A stretch of 62,447 bases of DNA, the filler included, from Candidatus Ancaeobacter aquaticus (lineage in GTDB: Bacteria; Auribacterota; Ancaeobacteria; Ancaeobacterales; Ancaeobacteraceae), in NCBI GenBank assembly GCA_030765405.1. It is 6 parts of 6 records of this genome, joined end to end, with 100 filler letters (N's around TTAATTAATTAA, not from the genome) between each part and the next. Parts side by side here need not be neighbours in the genome. Positions count along the whole stretch, not along the records: positions 15,852 to 21,481 come from JAVCCP010000072.1; positions 21,582 to 52,531 come from JAVCCP010000023.1; 4 more parts are not named here. One strand, written 5' to 3'. The notes beneath the pieces are model-generated. The model was not told the DNA's origin and searched no databases. It saw only the letters and a program-made list of their open reading frames with translations. Below, in pieces: positions 20,001 to 28,320 of this stretch. How positions within the stretch are numbered: position 1 is the first letter of the stretch; every line of letters begins with the position of its first letter. Position numbers and translations under genes: made by a program.

Positions 20001-20968
20001 TCGGAAACGTAAATATGTATTTTTCCCTCATAATCTGTAGTCCAGAAACTGTGTATACCGTATTCCTTCATTTTCTTGCCAAGCCCCGCATCTTTTATTA
20101 GCTCAACAATAATATTTCCATCACTTAAAAGATCTAAAAGCTCAGACTCAGTTTGATTAACTCCCTTTTCCTTTGCTTCCAGCACATCAGCAGTTATATC
20201 TTTTTTTTCAGCTAAAGCAAATTCAACCCTGAGCTCTTTCTTCACTGGCTCTGTTAAGGCAGGACCCTTTGTTTTATCTGTAGCAAATCGTGTAGGACTT
20301 ATATCAGCCACTAGTTTGCTAAAATCGTCTATTTTTCCTATATCTACGGTAAGATAAGTTTCTAAAAAAAGGTTAACCCCCCCTTCTTTTACATTATTTA
20401 ATTTTTGTTTTATGACTTTTAGCTGTAAACACAGCTTTTTTACTTTTTTGTAATCACTTGTTTTTAAAGCATCTTTACCTTTATCAATAAGATTTTCTGT
20501 TGACGTTGTTAAGCTTTTTAAGAGCGTCTGTGTAGATGGTCGGATCCCAAACATTGCTAATTTTACTAATTGCGCATGTGTATACTTCTGTGCCTGTTCT
20601 GCTAGGACTCTTCTTGCTGCAACAGTAGCTTTATAAGCTTCATCGCTGCTGATACCTCCTTCAAAGTGTCTTTTGCGGTCATCTTTGTCAGGTTCCCATT
20701 TACTCATAAAAGTAAGCAATTCACGTCGTGCAGCTTTTATATCTTCTATATTTCCATTTTCTACTGCAGTTTTGTATACCTCAATCGCTCTATCAACAGA
20801 TTCTCTCCGTTCCTTTAACTTATTTCCTATTTCCTGCATTTTTTGCATGATGTCTTTTTTGTATGAAGGAGCAAGAGCATATGTAGCATTTTGGCACAGA
20901 AATACAATCGTTACCGCAAGGGCGATAATCTTTATGAATAACTTTTTATGTATTACTTTACTTTTCAT
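17042..20968 (-). CDS. Large exported orphan protein (about 1308 aa from ATG 20968), mostly helical, with HExxE-like motifs
   Basis: Leader MKSK...IIALAVTIVFLCQNATYALAPS is homologous to the leader of 28313-32704; THDLKE and EHEYRE...SHE motifs. Confidence 0.8.
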   Translation of the reverse strand: MKSKVIHKKLFIKIIALAVTIVFLCQNATYALAPSYKKDIMQKMQEIGNKLKERRESVDRAIEVYKTAVENGNIEDIKAARRELLTFMSKWEPDKDDRKRHFEGGISSDEAYKATVAARRVLAEQAQKYTHAQLVKLAMFGIRPSTQTLLKSLTTSTENLIDKGKDALKTSDYKKVKKLCLQLKVIKQKLNNVKEGGVNLFLETYLTVDIGKIDDFSKLVADISPTRFATDKTKGPALTEPVKKELRVEFALAEKKDITADVLEAKEKGVNQTESELLDLLSDGNIIVELIKDAGLGKKMKEYGIHSFWTTDYEGKIHIYVSELDPNLTHDLKEINKFRNFLEEYVLEKTTNIDERVEKLNEALGMSTENLISREDLYRMASQAMRWEDTLDTFLKDLQYPKALKVPEYYTFNNDDDAYKKAVEDFRTRCKDFILNTPKNLENIASNLFLSKDAKGQAKQTALKMREMSVSGLLHIWDRDSKRSITSDVPTMHLLVDALLLEKKYIKEGEFNKETIKLLNRLITSSIVKICKRITKKVPAQKTAKTAKPAEHYWAISALMSIADNEDLELNPSSELIDFLLLEIKDEKKKLNQNQKIYFIKTLLDTIDRTDEKFVYSGKALEENIDEVQDVIDAVEREVDLILLGASNLNDDKIKEAEDLIGLLDNFKKLYPDNKKTMLKVEKAKGVLALKKMIIKIENITKYPIIRILNELEETLKRLPENVYFSDWEDREGEEPSELSGLRAGIEVAKSVGPEYSAMKKKMINNKIASLEELINSVSASKMQKKLNHEIDKVISKTNFLFPGQSQGKLKKQDISSQQRPLHIRKLEEIFKAMKEIQKKINERAGQFNTEEAETKLNTLSIKGIEQAEIYVSDKYDMVSHYDLLGDTPKAEETQKLYKELKKLKRLFRENKSDKKNIAESRLVLLKRVEKMLSIIPTATVETSSFEGTPDSKELRDLMKDRFDRGDYGFLNLPTAEPGKLQGEDNKVEWFLIKSFYDDVMANHVKEKYRDGTNGTNGIKNELSIVVMKDLPIAGHHGSGGGRGIESAYIDWEILKDMAGSSEVSAAYFASWLEHEYRERCLGESHEYLTETDPNYKPAFAYMKSKLHNRLKEKYIDLYIVNEDYLSIYHFLNNPEFVQNRKDIFAFSSALFNADQTLDELGVVLAELQLAGNKEDIWIKITDEKERQRFEELPKQFKFLKILDQDQYASMISQAPVNVIKVAFEDDTTMGKLDIAVPMPQEGKAVNTFSVFIAALSKDESLIKTVDEKTMMEILTYIEGTNYASPMKDDYKNKIESYRHSAITLISA

Positions 20969-21354
20969 TCTTTCCCAAAAATTCATTTCATTTAAAGAAA
21001 ATGCAATGCATCTCTGCATCTAAGCTCTTGCTCTTGGTTCTTAAACACAAAGACTTTTTCTTTTCTTGCATTCTCACAAGAAAAGTTCTCTTTTTATAAA
21101 AACAACATCAGGACATAGGATGAAAACTAAGTTAAACATCCTACCCCCAAGGTTTTACTTATCATTATATACATAATATTCATATTATAAACTATAAATG
21201 TGGTTTTGTCAATAGGGATATTGCTAAATGTCTGCATGAGAAGGAGATATAAGCATGCATTTAAGAAAAAGGATTATGGAAAGAGTAATTTTTTCAAAAT
21301 GAATATTTTTCTGAATGAATAAGCCAACATCATATAAGGCAGGCAGTCTAGTCG

Positions 21355-21481
21355 CGGAGTTCTGGTCGAGTAGATATAATATGGCCGTCACACTTAGACA
21401 TGCTTTGTGTTCCCTGTTACTCTCCCCTTTCGGTTTGGAGAGTGTCACATTATTCTGTCTTATGCTTCGACTTCAACACCC
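21355..21481. repeat. Second copy of the 127-bp contig-end repeat
   Basis: Identical to 15625-15751. Confidence 0.7.
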
Positions 21482-21581
21482 NNNNNNNNNNNNNNNNNNN
21501 NNNNNNNNNNNNNNNNNNNNNNNNNTTAATTAATTAANNNNNNNNNNNNNNNNNNNNNNNNNNNNNNNNNNNNNNNNNNNN
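21482..21581. other. Assembly gap with artificial linker
   Basis: N block + TTAATTAATTAA. Confidence 0.97.
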
Positions 21582-21724
21582 GTAGATATAATCGTCTTTT
21601 GTAATCCAATTTTTTAAGCGAAATCCTTTCGCGAATATGACCCTTTGTTTAAAAACCTCTAATTAAGCTTAAAATCATACCTTATGCGTATTGTTGCGGA
21701 ATCGTTGCAGTATTATACAACCCC

Positions 21725-21753
21725 TTGACAAAACCTAAAATATAGTGTAAAAT
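21725..21753 (+). promoter_or_regulatory. Near-consensus sigma70 promoter for the giant-gene pair
   Basis: TTGACA-17nt-TAAAAT, about 50 nt upstream of GGAGG + GTG at 21802. Confidence 0.7.
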
Positions 21754-21801
21754 GCTTGTATTGCAATAGTTAAACCGGTATGTATTTGGGAGGTGTTTTT
21801 T

Positions 21802-24800
21802 GTGAAGGCACAAAAAATCATTACTGATTTTATATTAAGAAAAGTATTTTATGCCGCTATCACATGGATAGTAATTGCGGTCTTTTTATGCCCAAATCCG
21901 CCTGTTATTGCCAGTATCTCGCGAAATTCCCTTGCCCCAGCTTCGATTTTTGAAGAGGGCGAAGGGAAAGAGGGTGAGTTAGAAAAAATTATCGCGAAAA
22001 CAGGTAGAAAGATAACAAAAACCCCGCTTTTTACAGAGGAGAATTTATTAGGCAAAACCGAACTTTGGAAGAAATTTACGGAAATTAATAAGGGGAAAGC
22101 GCCTGCGGTTATTCATCTTGTCAGTAATGACAAGACTATTGAAAGTCAATTCGAAGAACGGATAAAAGAAATTCCCGATGAGCAATTGGTATATTTGTCA
22201 ATTGAGTACAGCACATCTGAGAAAAGTAAAATTGACCCATCAGAAAAAAGAGATGTTACGAGGCATATAGTTATTGTCGATAGCGCCAAAGTGTTAAAGA
22301 AAAATACAGGTCGTATATTAAGCGGTAATATTAATCTTAACGCGTTTCATTTTTCTTTGTATTTAAGTGAATACAGAGAACAAAATAATATTCACTTTTA
22401 TATTGTTTCGTTAGGGAAAAAAGAAGTGACCGAGGATATGTTGCAAGGTAAAGGTTTTATGAGAAAACCGTTTATGAATATCGCGGAAATATTAAATGAA
22501 AACTTTCAGGGTTATATGATAACCGCTTATGCGGTTAATCGTAATGCCGTAAGACGTTTTTTTGAGTTCAGCGGATTTAATCCCCGCTGGGCCATGGTTG
22601 AAGGTAATGATGTTGCAATAAAACTGGTCGATAGTTATCAAGGATTGGGCAGATATTTCAACGAAAACGGTGTGTTATACGGTAGAATTCCCCAAGAACG
22701 AAAAGACGGTCCGCGCCGGCCGGGTAAGAAAATCGTTGTTAAAGAGGGGGAGACAGGCCCTGCCAAATCTACAATACCTGAAGAGATTTCAGAAAGAGGA
22801 TTAACTGCAGAGTTTAATCTTGGCGCGATATCGATTAGTTTAACTATATTATCGTTTCTTGCCGGTTCAGGTATCTGGCCTTCGATCGCGCTTGGGGGAT
22901 TTTCTTTTCTTGCTCTAAGAAAATTGGTTTCAACCCAACCCATATCTTCAGTATTCAAGGCTATGCGAAAAGCCGGTTCTTTAGCTATATTATTTATTTT
23001 TGCGTTAACAGTGACAACACCCAACTTTTTAAGTCCGGCACAGCCGCTTATTTCGTATCCTATACACAGGCCACCCGCGAAGATTATCAAGGAAACCCCG
23101 CCTTACCTTTGGGGACTGTGGGATATTGGCCGGGGTATAGAAAAATATTTAATTGGAGAGAACATAATAGTCGAAGGCCTTATTTCCAAAACTTTAGAAT
23201 ACAAAGACGAGTATGTTCAGGTAGCAATGTATATGGCCTTAGTTAAAATTGGACCCCCCGCGGCTGGCCCCCTTAACAACATCTTGAATGACAAAAAGGT
23301 GAGCGCGTTTGCCCGCGAAAAGATACCGTCGATATTAGCTGAGATTGGAGATGAGAGCTCGGGTAAGCCCCTCGTTACGGCTTTGGGAGATAAAGATATT
23401 CTTGTCCGCATAGCAGCGGCGGAAGCATTATGCAAACTTATAACCAAAGGGGCGGTTAAAGAAACGAAAGAAGAGGTTGACGCGCTTTTCATTGCCTCAT
23501 TTGATTATAGTGATATTTCTTCATGCCGGCTCCGCGAAGCCGCGGTAAAGGCGTTAGTTGAGGTTGCGAAAAGAGAAGCGGCATTTAAACCCCGTATCGT
23601 TAAGCGTCTTATTAAGGCCCTTTCTCAAAAGGAAAATGGCGAAGGCGATATATATGTGAATGAAGCCGCGGCAATAGGGTTGGGCGAACTCAAAGTCGAA
23701 GAAGCGGTTACTACGCTTGCTGAGTTGGTATTAAATGATGATGAAGACGGTGATGTCCGTTTTGCCGCGTTAACGGCATTGGGAAAAATCGGAGGTGAAA
23801 AAGTATTTTGGTTTCTTCTTAAATGCTTGGATGATGAATATTTGTGCATAGACGCAATGAGTATATTGGCTGATCTTAGAGACCGAAGAGCAGTTGATTA
23901 CCTTGTTCCATTGTTATTAAGTGAAGACGAGGATATCCGCTTAGCCGCTGAAGAGACATTAGAGATTTTATGGCCGAAGAAAAAAACGCAAATTGCCTAC
24001 GCGCCTTCTGCCGGTCAGATAAAAGATACCGGTCAGATCGCCGCTGTACATGGTCAAATGAAAGGCCTTAATAAACGCGATCCGATGGATGAAGACACGG
24101 AATTAGATTTTTCGGATAGACATGAGGAGTTTAAAAAGTTGGTAGAATCTGTTGAACCGGATCCGGATGTTTACGGAGTGAAAGCAAGGGTTATATTTGC
24201 AGATTTAGGTAAAGTCGGGGCTTACCATTTCTATCCTAGCAAGGATGATCCTTCCAGCCTTATCATCGTAGTTAATTCGCGTTATCCCGATATCTATAAA
24301 GAAGCAAAATTTCACGAGGCAAAAGAAGTTGAGTTGGTGAGCAAAGGGTTTACACAGCATGAGGCGCATGTCATTGCATCAGCACTGCAAGAACAGCGTT
24401 TTTCCATGGGGGGCAAACTTACGGCTTATCATAAAGCACAGCTACGGGGCATGAATAAGGAACAATTAGAAGCTATTGTAAAAGAGGATGAAGCTGATCG
24501 CGCATGGCATCATGATGTTTTAGCAAGAGCCAATGAGGCCGGAGCTTCTATTAACATACAAGGAATAACAGAATATGAAGATGTCCTGCGCTTAGCAGCA
24601 GGAAAAGCATTAGCCGGACTTGTTCCAATAGATATTTACGGAAAAACTTATTGGTTAGACAATCAGATTTTAAAAGGTATTCGACTGGCAAAAATTGAAG
24701 ATGTGAGCGCCATTTACAAACTCTCCCGTCTTATTTATAGAGAAGACGGCTTTTTTGATGAGGAAGATTATAGAGAGATATTTGAAGAACCGTCCGTATA

Positions 24801-27800
24801 CATATGGGTTTATTCTGAAAAAGAGGTTAAAGGATATAGCTATGTGCGTATTCGTGAGAAAGATGGGAATAAAATTGTATGGGTTGAGGATATTGCAGTA
24901 GAAGAAGCTGAGCAAGGGAGAGGTATAGGAAAAGCGTTGTTGGCTGTTGTACTGGAAAAGATGGAAGAATTAAATGTTAACAGGCTTGAAGCTGATGCAA
25001 AAACTGCCAGTGAAAAATTGTTTGAATCCTTTGGTTTTGAATGTGGTAAAAGTGAAGATAAGTCTCAAAAAAGGTCAGGGGTAGATGAAATTGGAATAAA
25101 AAATTATTGGTTTATACCGCAGGTCCGCAAAGCCGCAAGAGAAGCATTAGCCGGATTTGTTCCAATAAAGATTTACAAAGATACTTATCAGTTAAAAAAA
25201 CAGATTTTTAATGGTATTCGTCCGGCAACAATTGAAGATGCGCACGCCATTTGGGAACTATCTCGTCTTATTCATGGAGAAAAAAGCGATTTTCCTAATG
25301 AGGAATATTATGAAACGATATTAAAACGAAAGTCCAACGATATATGGGTTTGTTATAAAAATGGAGAGGTCAAAGGATATATATATACAGAGTATACAGG
25401 TGCTCGTACGAAAACCAGGGATAAAATCATGTCGGTTGCGGAGATTGCAGTAGAAAAAGACGGGGAGAAAGGCATAGGAAGAGCGTTGTTAGCTGGTATG
25501 ATGGAAAGGATGGAGGAATTAAATGTGGGGGCATTGGTAGCTGTTCTAAATTCCGAATCCGAAAAATTGTTTGAATCCTTTGGATTTAAACGTGATGGAG
25601 GTGAATATCAAGAAGGGTTAGAGTTAAAGTTATATGGATTTCTAGAGAACCACCACTGGTTTATACCGCCTTCTTCTGGTGAAATTACTAAAGCTGAAGG
25701 AAAGGCAAAGCTGGGTGTTACGGTTAAACCTCTGAGTTATCCCGGCTGGACAGAGGAGGAATTAGAAAAAGCGGCGGCAGTTCTTGATGAGATTGCGAAA
25801 GGGCACGGCCAAGAAGTTTCGGATATGTATGAAGATAAAACTGGTAGTTTGGAAGTTGGCGCTTTTTGGAAGAATTTTTATTCCAGAAAGGGGGGGCTTT
25901 ATAAAGATATCATAGAACGGCTGGAAACTATTAAGAAGATAAACATGTTAAATACTCTCGGGCTTAAGAGGGCTGTTACTGCCGTAGAACGTTTTTGGAC
26001 AATTATGAAAATGCTTTATGAGCAAACGCGCGATCCAAGAAGCGAGGTGGTAAGTGTAGCCGACGGAAAAGTGACTATAAGTAAATTGATGTGGAGAGAA
26101 CGTTCCGGGCGTACCATTCTGGACGTTAATATAATACCTTTAGATGAAAAAACTATTAGAGAGGCCTCGGGCGGTCTTCCGACTTTTTCAATAGTGAGGA
26201 AAGAGGGAGAGAAGAGGATTATTAATGTGTATTTGTCCAATGATAGCAATCCTGAGGTTATGTTTATTAGATTGTTTCACGAGATTATAGAGTCCATCTT
26301 AAAGCTGGAGCTTGCCACAAACGGCTTTAAAGAAGAACAGGTGCATCCAATTGTAACCGGTATATTTGAACAGCTTCTTTTAGATGAGAAAGCGATTCTT
26401 GGCAGAATTAGCGATAGAAACTTTGCTGAGTTTGCCGCTAAGGCTGCTGACGGAGATAAAAAATATTTTAAAGAAATTATAAAGGGGACATCAACGAAGG
26501 TAGATGAGATTGAAGAGCTTGATTTGAATCCTATCATTCAGAAATATTTGTTCGACCATACATATAACGCGGAGCTTTATGCGAAAGCGGCATTAAAATT
26601 TATTAACCGCGGATGGGGGAGGGATGAGTTGACAGGGATAAATTCGCGGGCCAATTTTCTCCTTGAGGCGGCTGATGAAGCGGACAAAGAAGGCAGTAAA
26701 GACCTGGCCAAGGCATTATTTATTGAGGCCATTTGCGTTACTGATTTCTCTAAAATTGGTGAAGTCAAATATGATGGTGGCCTGGGCGCGTTTAAGATTA
26801 TATTGGGTAATACAACGTATTTTATGGATATGGGGCGTGTTGCCAATGTGATGGATGTTTTAGATATATTAGAGTCCGAGATAGATGAATTTATCCACGA
26901 TCTCCGATTAATGGACGCGGGAATGGTCTTTGAAGCTTATAAGAATATTTTAAATGAAATGTTGATTACCCCGGATAATGGCAAAGAGGTCCGCGAATTT
27001 TTTGATAAGCATTATAAAAATATAGACGAGATTGACAAGAAGATAAGGCGAGAGACAATGATTAATGAGTATTACGGGAGGGAGGTAATCTCTATTATAT
27101 CGGGCGAGAATAAGGATAAAAGCGCCAGGGACTTAGCCTTTACAGAATTAGAGGAAAAGATCGAGAGGTTAAGAGAGCGGTTGATAGAACAAAAAACAAC
27201 GGAAGATATTACTGATATAGACAGTCTTTCCTTCTTGATGGATTCAGAACCTAAACAATTTGAAGCGGAAAAACAGAAAAAAGAGCTGAAGCAAAGGCAA
27301 TTGGCATTTGATGTCTTAATGAAGATATTTCGGGACTTACCCAAGAGTTTTGAGCCATCTTACTACCTACGCCGAAGATTTGCGGCCGTCAAAATTGGTA
27401 GGTATATAAACACGTATAAAAATGATTTAAATGAAGCGGAGGGATTGTATTTAGGAAAGATGTCTTTGCTTTTAAAACAAGGGAAAGGTGCGGCTGAAAG
27501 CCCTTATCATGAGTTCCTTAATTTGTTTATTAATGTGATCGTGGCTGCGAATATGGATGATGTAGAGAGTGAGTCGGCCGCGGCCATTTTTGCGGATTCA
27601 ATATATTTTAACCGTAAAAAAGGAAAACTGACAGAGGAACAGTTTAAGGATTTAATTGAAAAATATTTCAGCAGCGTCATAAAATCGGGAAAAACCACAA
27701 AGGGCATTAGCATTGAAGAATTTACTGAGGAGCTTAAACTTGAGCAAAAGGTGAAAAGTTTGGCCGACCGGCTTCGAAAAGGAAATCAGGAGGCAAAGTT

Positions 27801-28275
27801 GTCTTTGTCAAAAGACATGGAGTCGTATATAAAACGTATAGCGAAAGCGAAACGTTATGCTGATATACCTGGCTTTAGAGCGTTTGATATAGGTGATGCC
27901 GCTTCAATTCGCGCTGTTAACAAATACGATTTTGGCCATAAACCCGGCAAGTATAAGTCTTTTTATACTTACGTTAAATCGGTGATAAACAAGGCATTAG
28001 ATGATGCTGTGCGTAATTACTGGGCGCGGAAGCTGGATATTCCCAAATCCCTTGCCGCGCGCCTTCCTTATTACAACAGTTTGAAAGATGAGTTGGGCTA
28101 TCCTCCTACGGTGGATGAGATAGCGCAAAAATTGCGGTTAAGTAAAAGGGATGCTAAAAGAATGTCCGCCGCGATGAAAAAATACATTGATGAGAGCGCG
28201 GAGGAAATTGTTAAAGCCGATGAAAAAATTGAAAAAATCCGTAAGGCAAATTATTTGATTGGGGCGAGTAATTGA
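21802..28275 (+). CDS. Giant mosaic protein: export leader, TM cluster, HEAT repeats, two GNAT domains, HExxE modules, C-terminal sigma70 region 1.2-3-like domain
   Basis: GTG at 21802 after GGAGG (in frame with track start 21793); VRIAAAEALCKL / VRFAALTALGKIG HEAT repeats; VEDIAV...QGRGIGKALL and VAEIAV...KGIGRALL GNAT motif A; RAVNKYD..KPGKYKSFYTY and LKDELGYPPTVDEIAQKL. Confidence 0.8.
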   Translation: MKAQKIITDFILRKVFYAAITWIVIAVFLCPNPPVIASISRNSLAPASIFEEGEGKEGELEKIIAKTGRKITKTPLFTEENLLGKTELWKKFTEINKGKAPAVIHLVSNDKTIESQFEERIKEIPDEQLVYLSIEYSTSEKSKIDPSEKRDVTRHIVIVDSAKVLKKNTGRILSGNINLNAFHFSLYLSEYREQNNIHFYIVSLGKKEVTEDMLQGKGFMRKPFMNIAEILNENFQGYMITAYAVNRNAVRRFFEFSGFNPRWAMVEGNDVAIKLVDSYQGLGRYFNENGVLYGRIPQERKDGPRRPGKKIVVKEGETGPAKSTIPEEISERGLTAEFNLGAISISLTILSFLAGSGIWPSIALGGFSFLALRKLVSTQPISSVFKAMRKAGSLAILFIFALTVTTPNFLSPAQPLISYPIHRPPAKIIKETPPYLWGLWDIGRGIEKYLIGENIIVEGLISKTLEYKDEYVQVAMYMALVKIGPPAAGPLNNILNDKKVSAFAREKIPSILAEIGDESSGKPLVTALGDKDILVRIAAAEALCKLITKGAVKETKEEVDALFIASFDYSDISSCRLREAAVKALVEVAKREAAFKPRIVKRLIKALSQKENGEGDIYVNEAAAIGLGELKVEEAVTTLAELVLNDDEDGDVRFAALTALGKIGGEKVFWFLLKCLDDEYLCIDAMSILADLRDRRAVDYLVPLLLSEDEDIRLAAEETLEILWPKKKTQIAYAPSAGQIKDTGQIAAVHGQMKGLNKRDPMDEDTELDFSDRHEEFKKLVESVEPDPDVYGVKARVIFADLGKVGAYHFYPSKDDPSSLIIVVNSRYPDIYKEAKFHEAKEVELVSKGFTQHEAHVIASALQEQRFSMGGKLTAYHKAQLRGMNKEQLEAIVKEDEADRAWHHDVLARANEAGASINIQGITEYEDVLRLAAGKALAGLVPIDIYGKTYWLDNQILKGIRLAKIEDVSAIYKLSRLIYREDGFFDEEDYREIFEEPSVYIWVYSEKEVKGYSYVRIREKDGNKIVWVEDIAVEEAEQGRGIGKALLAVVLEKMEELNVNRLEADAKTASEKLFESFGFECGKSEDKSQKRSGVDEIGIKNYWFIPQVRKAAREALAGFVPIKIYKDTYQLKKQIFNGIRPATIEDAHAIWELSRLIHGEKSDFPNEEYYETILKRKSNDIWVCYKNGEVKGYIYTEYTGARTKTRDKIMSVAEIAVEKDGEKGIGRALLAGMMERMEELNVGALVAVLNSESEKLFESFGFKRDGGEYQEGLELKLYGFLENHHWFIPPSSGEITKAEGKAKLGVTVKPLSYPGWTEEELEKAAAVLDEIAKGHGQEVSDMYEDKTGSLEVGAFWKNFYSRKGGLYKDIIERLETIKKINMLNTLGLKRAVTAVERFWTIMKMLYEQTRDPRSEVVSVADGKVTISKLMWRERSGRTILDVNIIPLDEKTIREASGGLPTFSIVRKEGEKRIINVYLSNDSNPEVMFIRLFHEIIESILKLELATNGFKEEQVHPIVTGIFEQLLLDEKAILGRISDRNFAEFAAKAADGDKKYFKEIIKGTSTKVDEIEELDLNPIIQKYLFDHTYNAELYAKAALKFINRGWGRDELTGINSRANFLLEAADEADKEGSKDLAKALFIEAICVTDFSKIGEVKYDGGLGAFKIILGNTTYFMDMGRVANVMDVLDILESEIDEFIHDLRLMDAGMVFEAYKNILNEMLITPDNGKEVREFFDKHYKNIDEIDKKIRRETMINEYYGREVISIISGENKDKSARDLAFTELEEKIERLRERLIEQKTTEDITDIDSLSFLMDSEPKQFEAEKQKKELKQRQLAFDVLMKIFRDLPKSFEPSYYLRRRFAAVKIGRYINTYKNDLNEAEGLYLGKMSLLLKQGKGAAESPYHEFLNLFINVIVAANMDDVESESAAAIFADSIYFNRKKGKLTEEQFKDLIEKYFSSVIKSGKTTKGISIEEFTEELKLEQKVKSLADRLRKGNQEAKLSLSKDMESYIKRIAKAKRYADIPGFRAFDIGDAASIRAVNKYDFGHKPGKYKSFYTYVKSVINKALDDAVRNYWARKLDIPKSLAARLPYYNSLKDELGYPPTVDEIAQKLRLSKRDAKRMSAAMKKYIDESAEEIVKADEKIEKIRKANYLIGASN
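25700..27180 (+). repeat. Block shared with about 30618-32090 (near-identical core from 26125 / 31034)
   Basis: Both start KAK.GVTVKPLSYPGWTEE; core gttaatataatacctttaga... is almost identical for over 500 bp; end points approximate. Confidence 0.85.
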
Positions 28276-28320
28276 ACATGAGGCGGATGAGCGAATGGAT
28301 TTTGAGGAAAGAATGAAAAG
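27950..28320 (+). repeat. Direct repeat with about 32380-32765: sigma-like tail + stop + intergenic + next start codon
   Basis: ...ggggcgagtaattgaac...gaggcggat...gcgaatggattttgaggaaa.aatgaaaag follows both genes; ends approximate. Confidence 0.85.
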
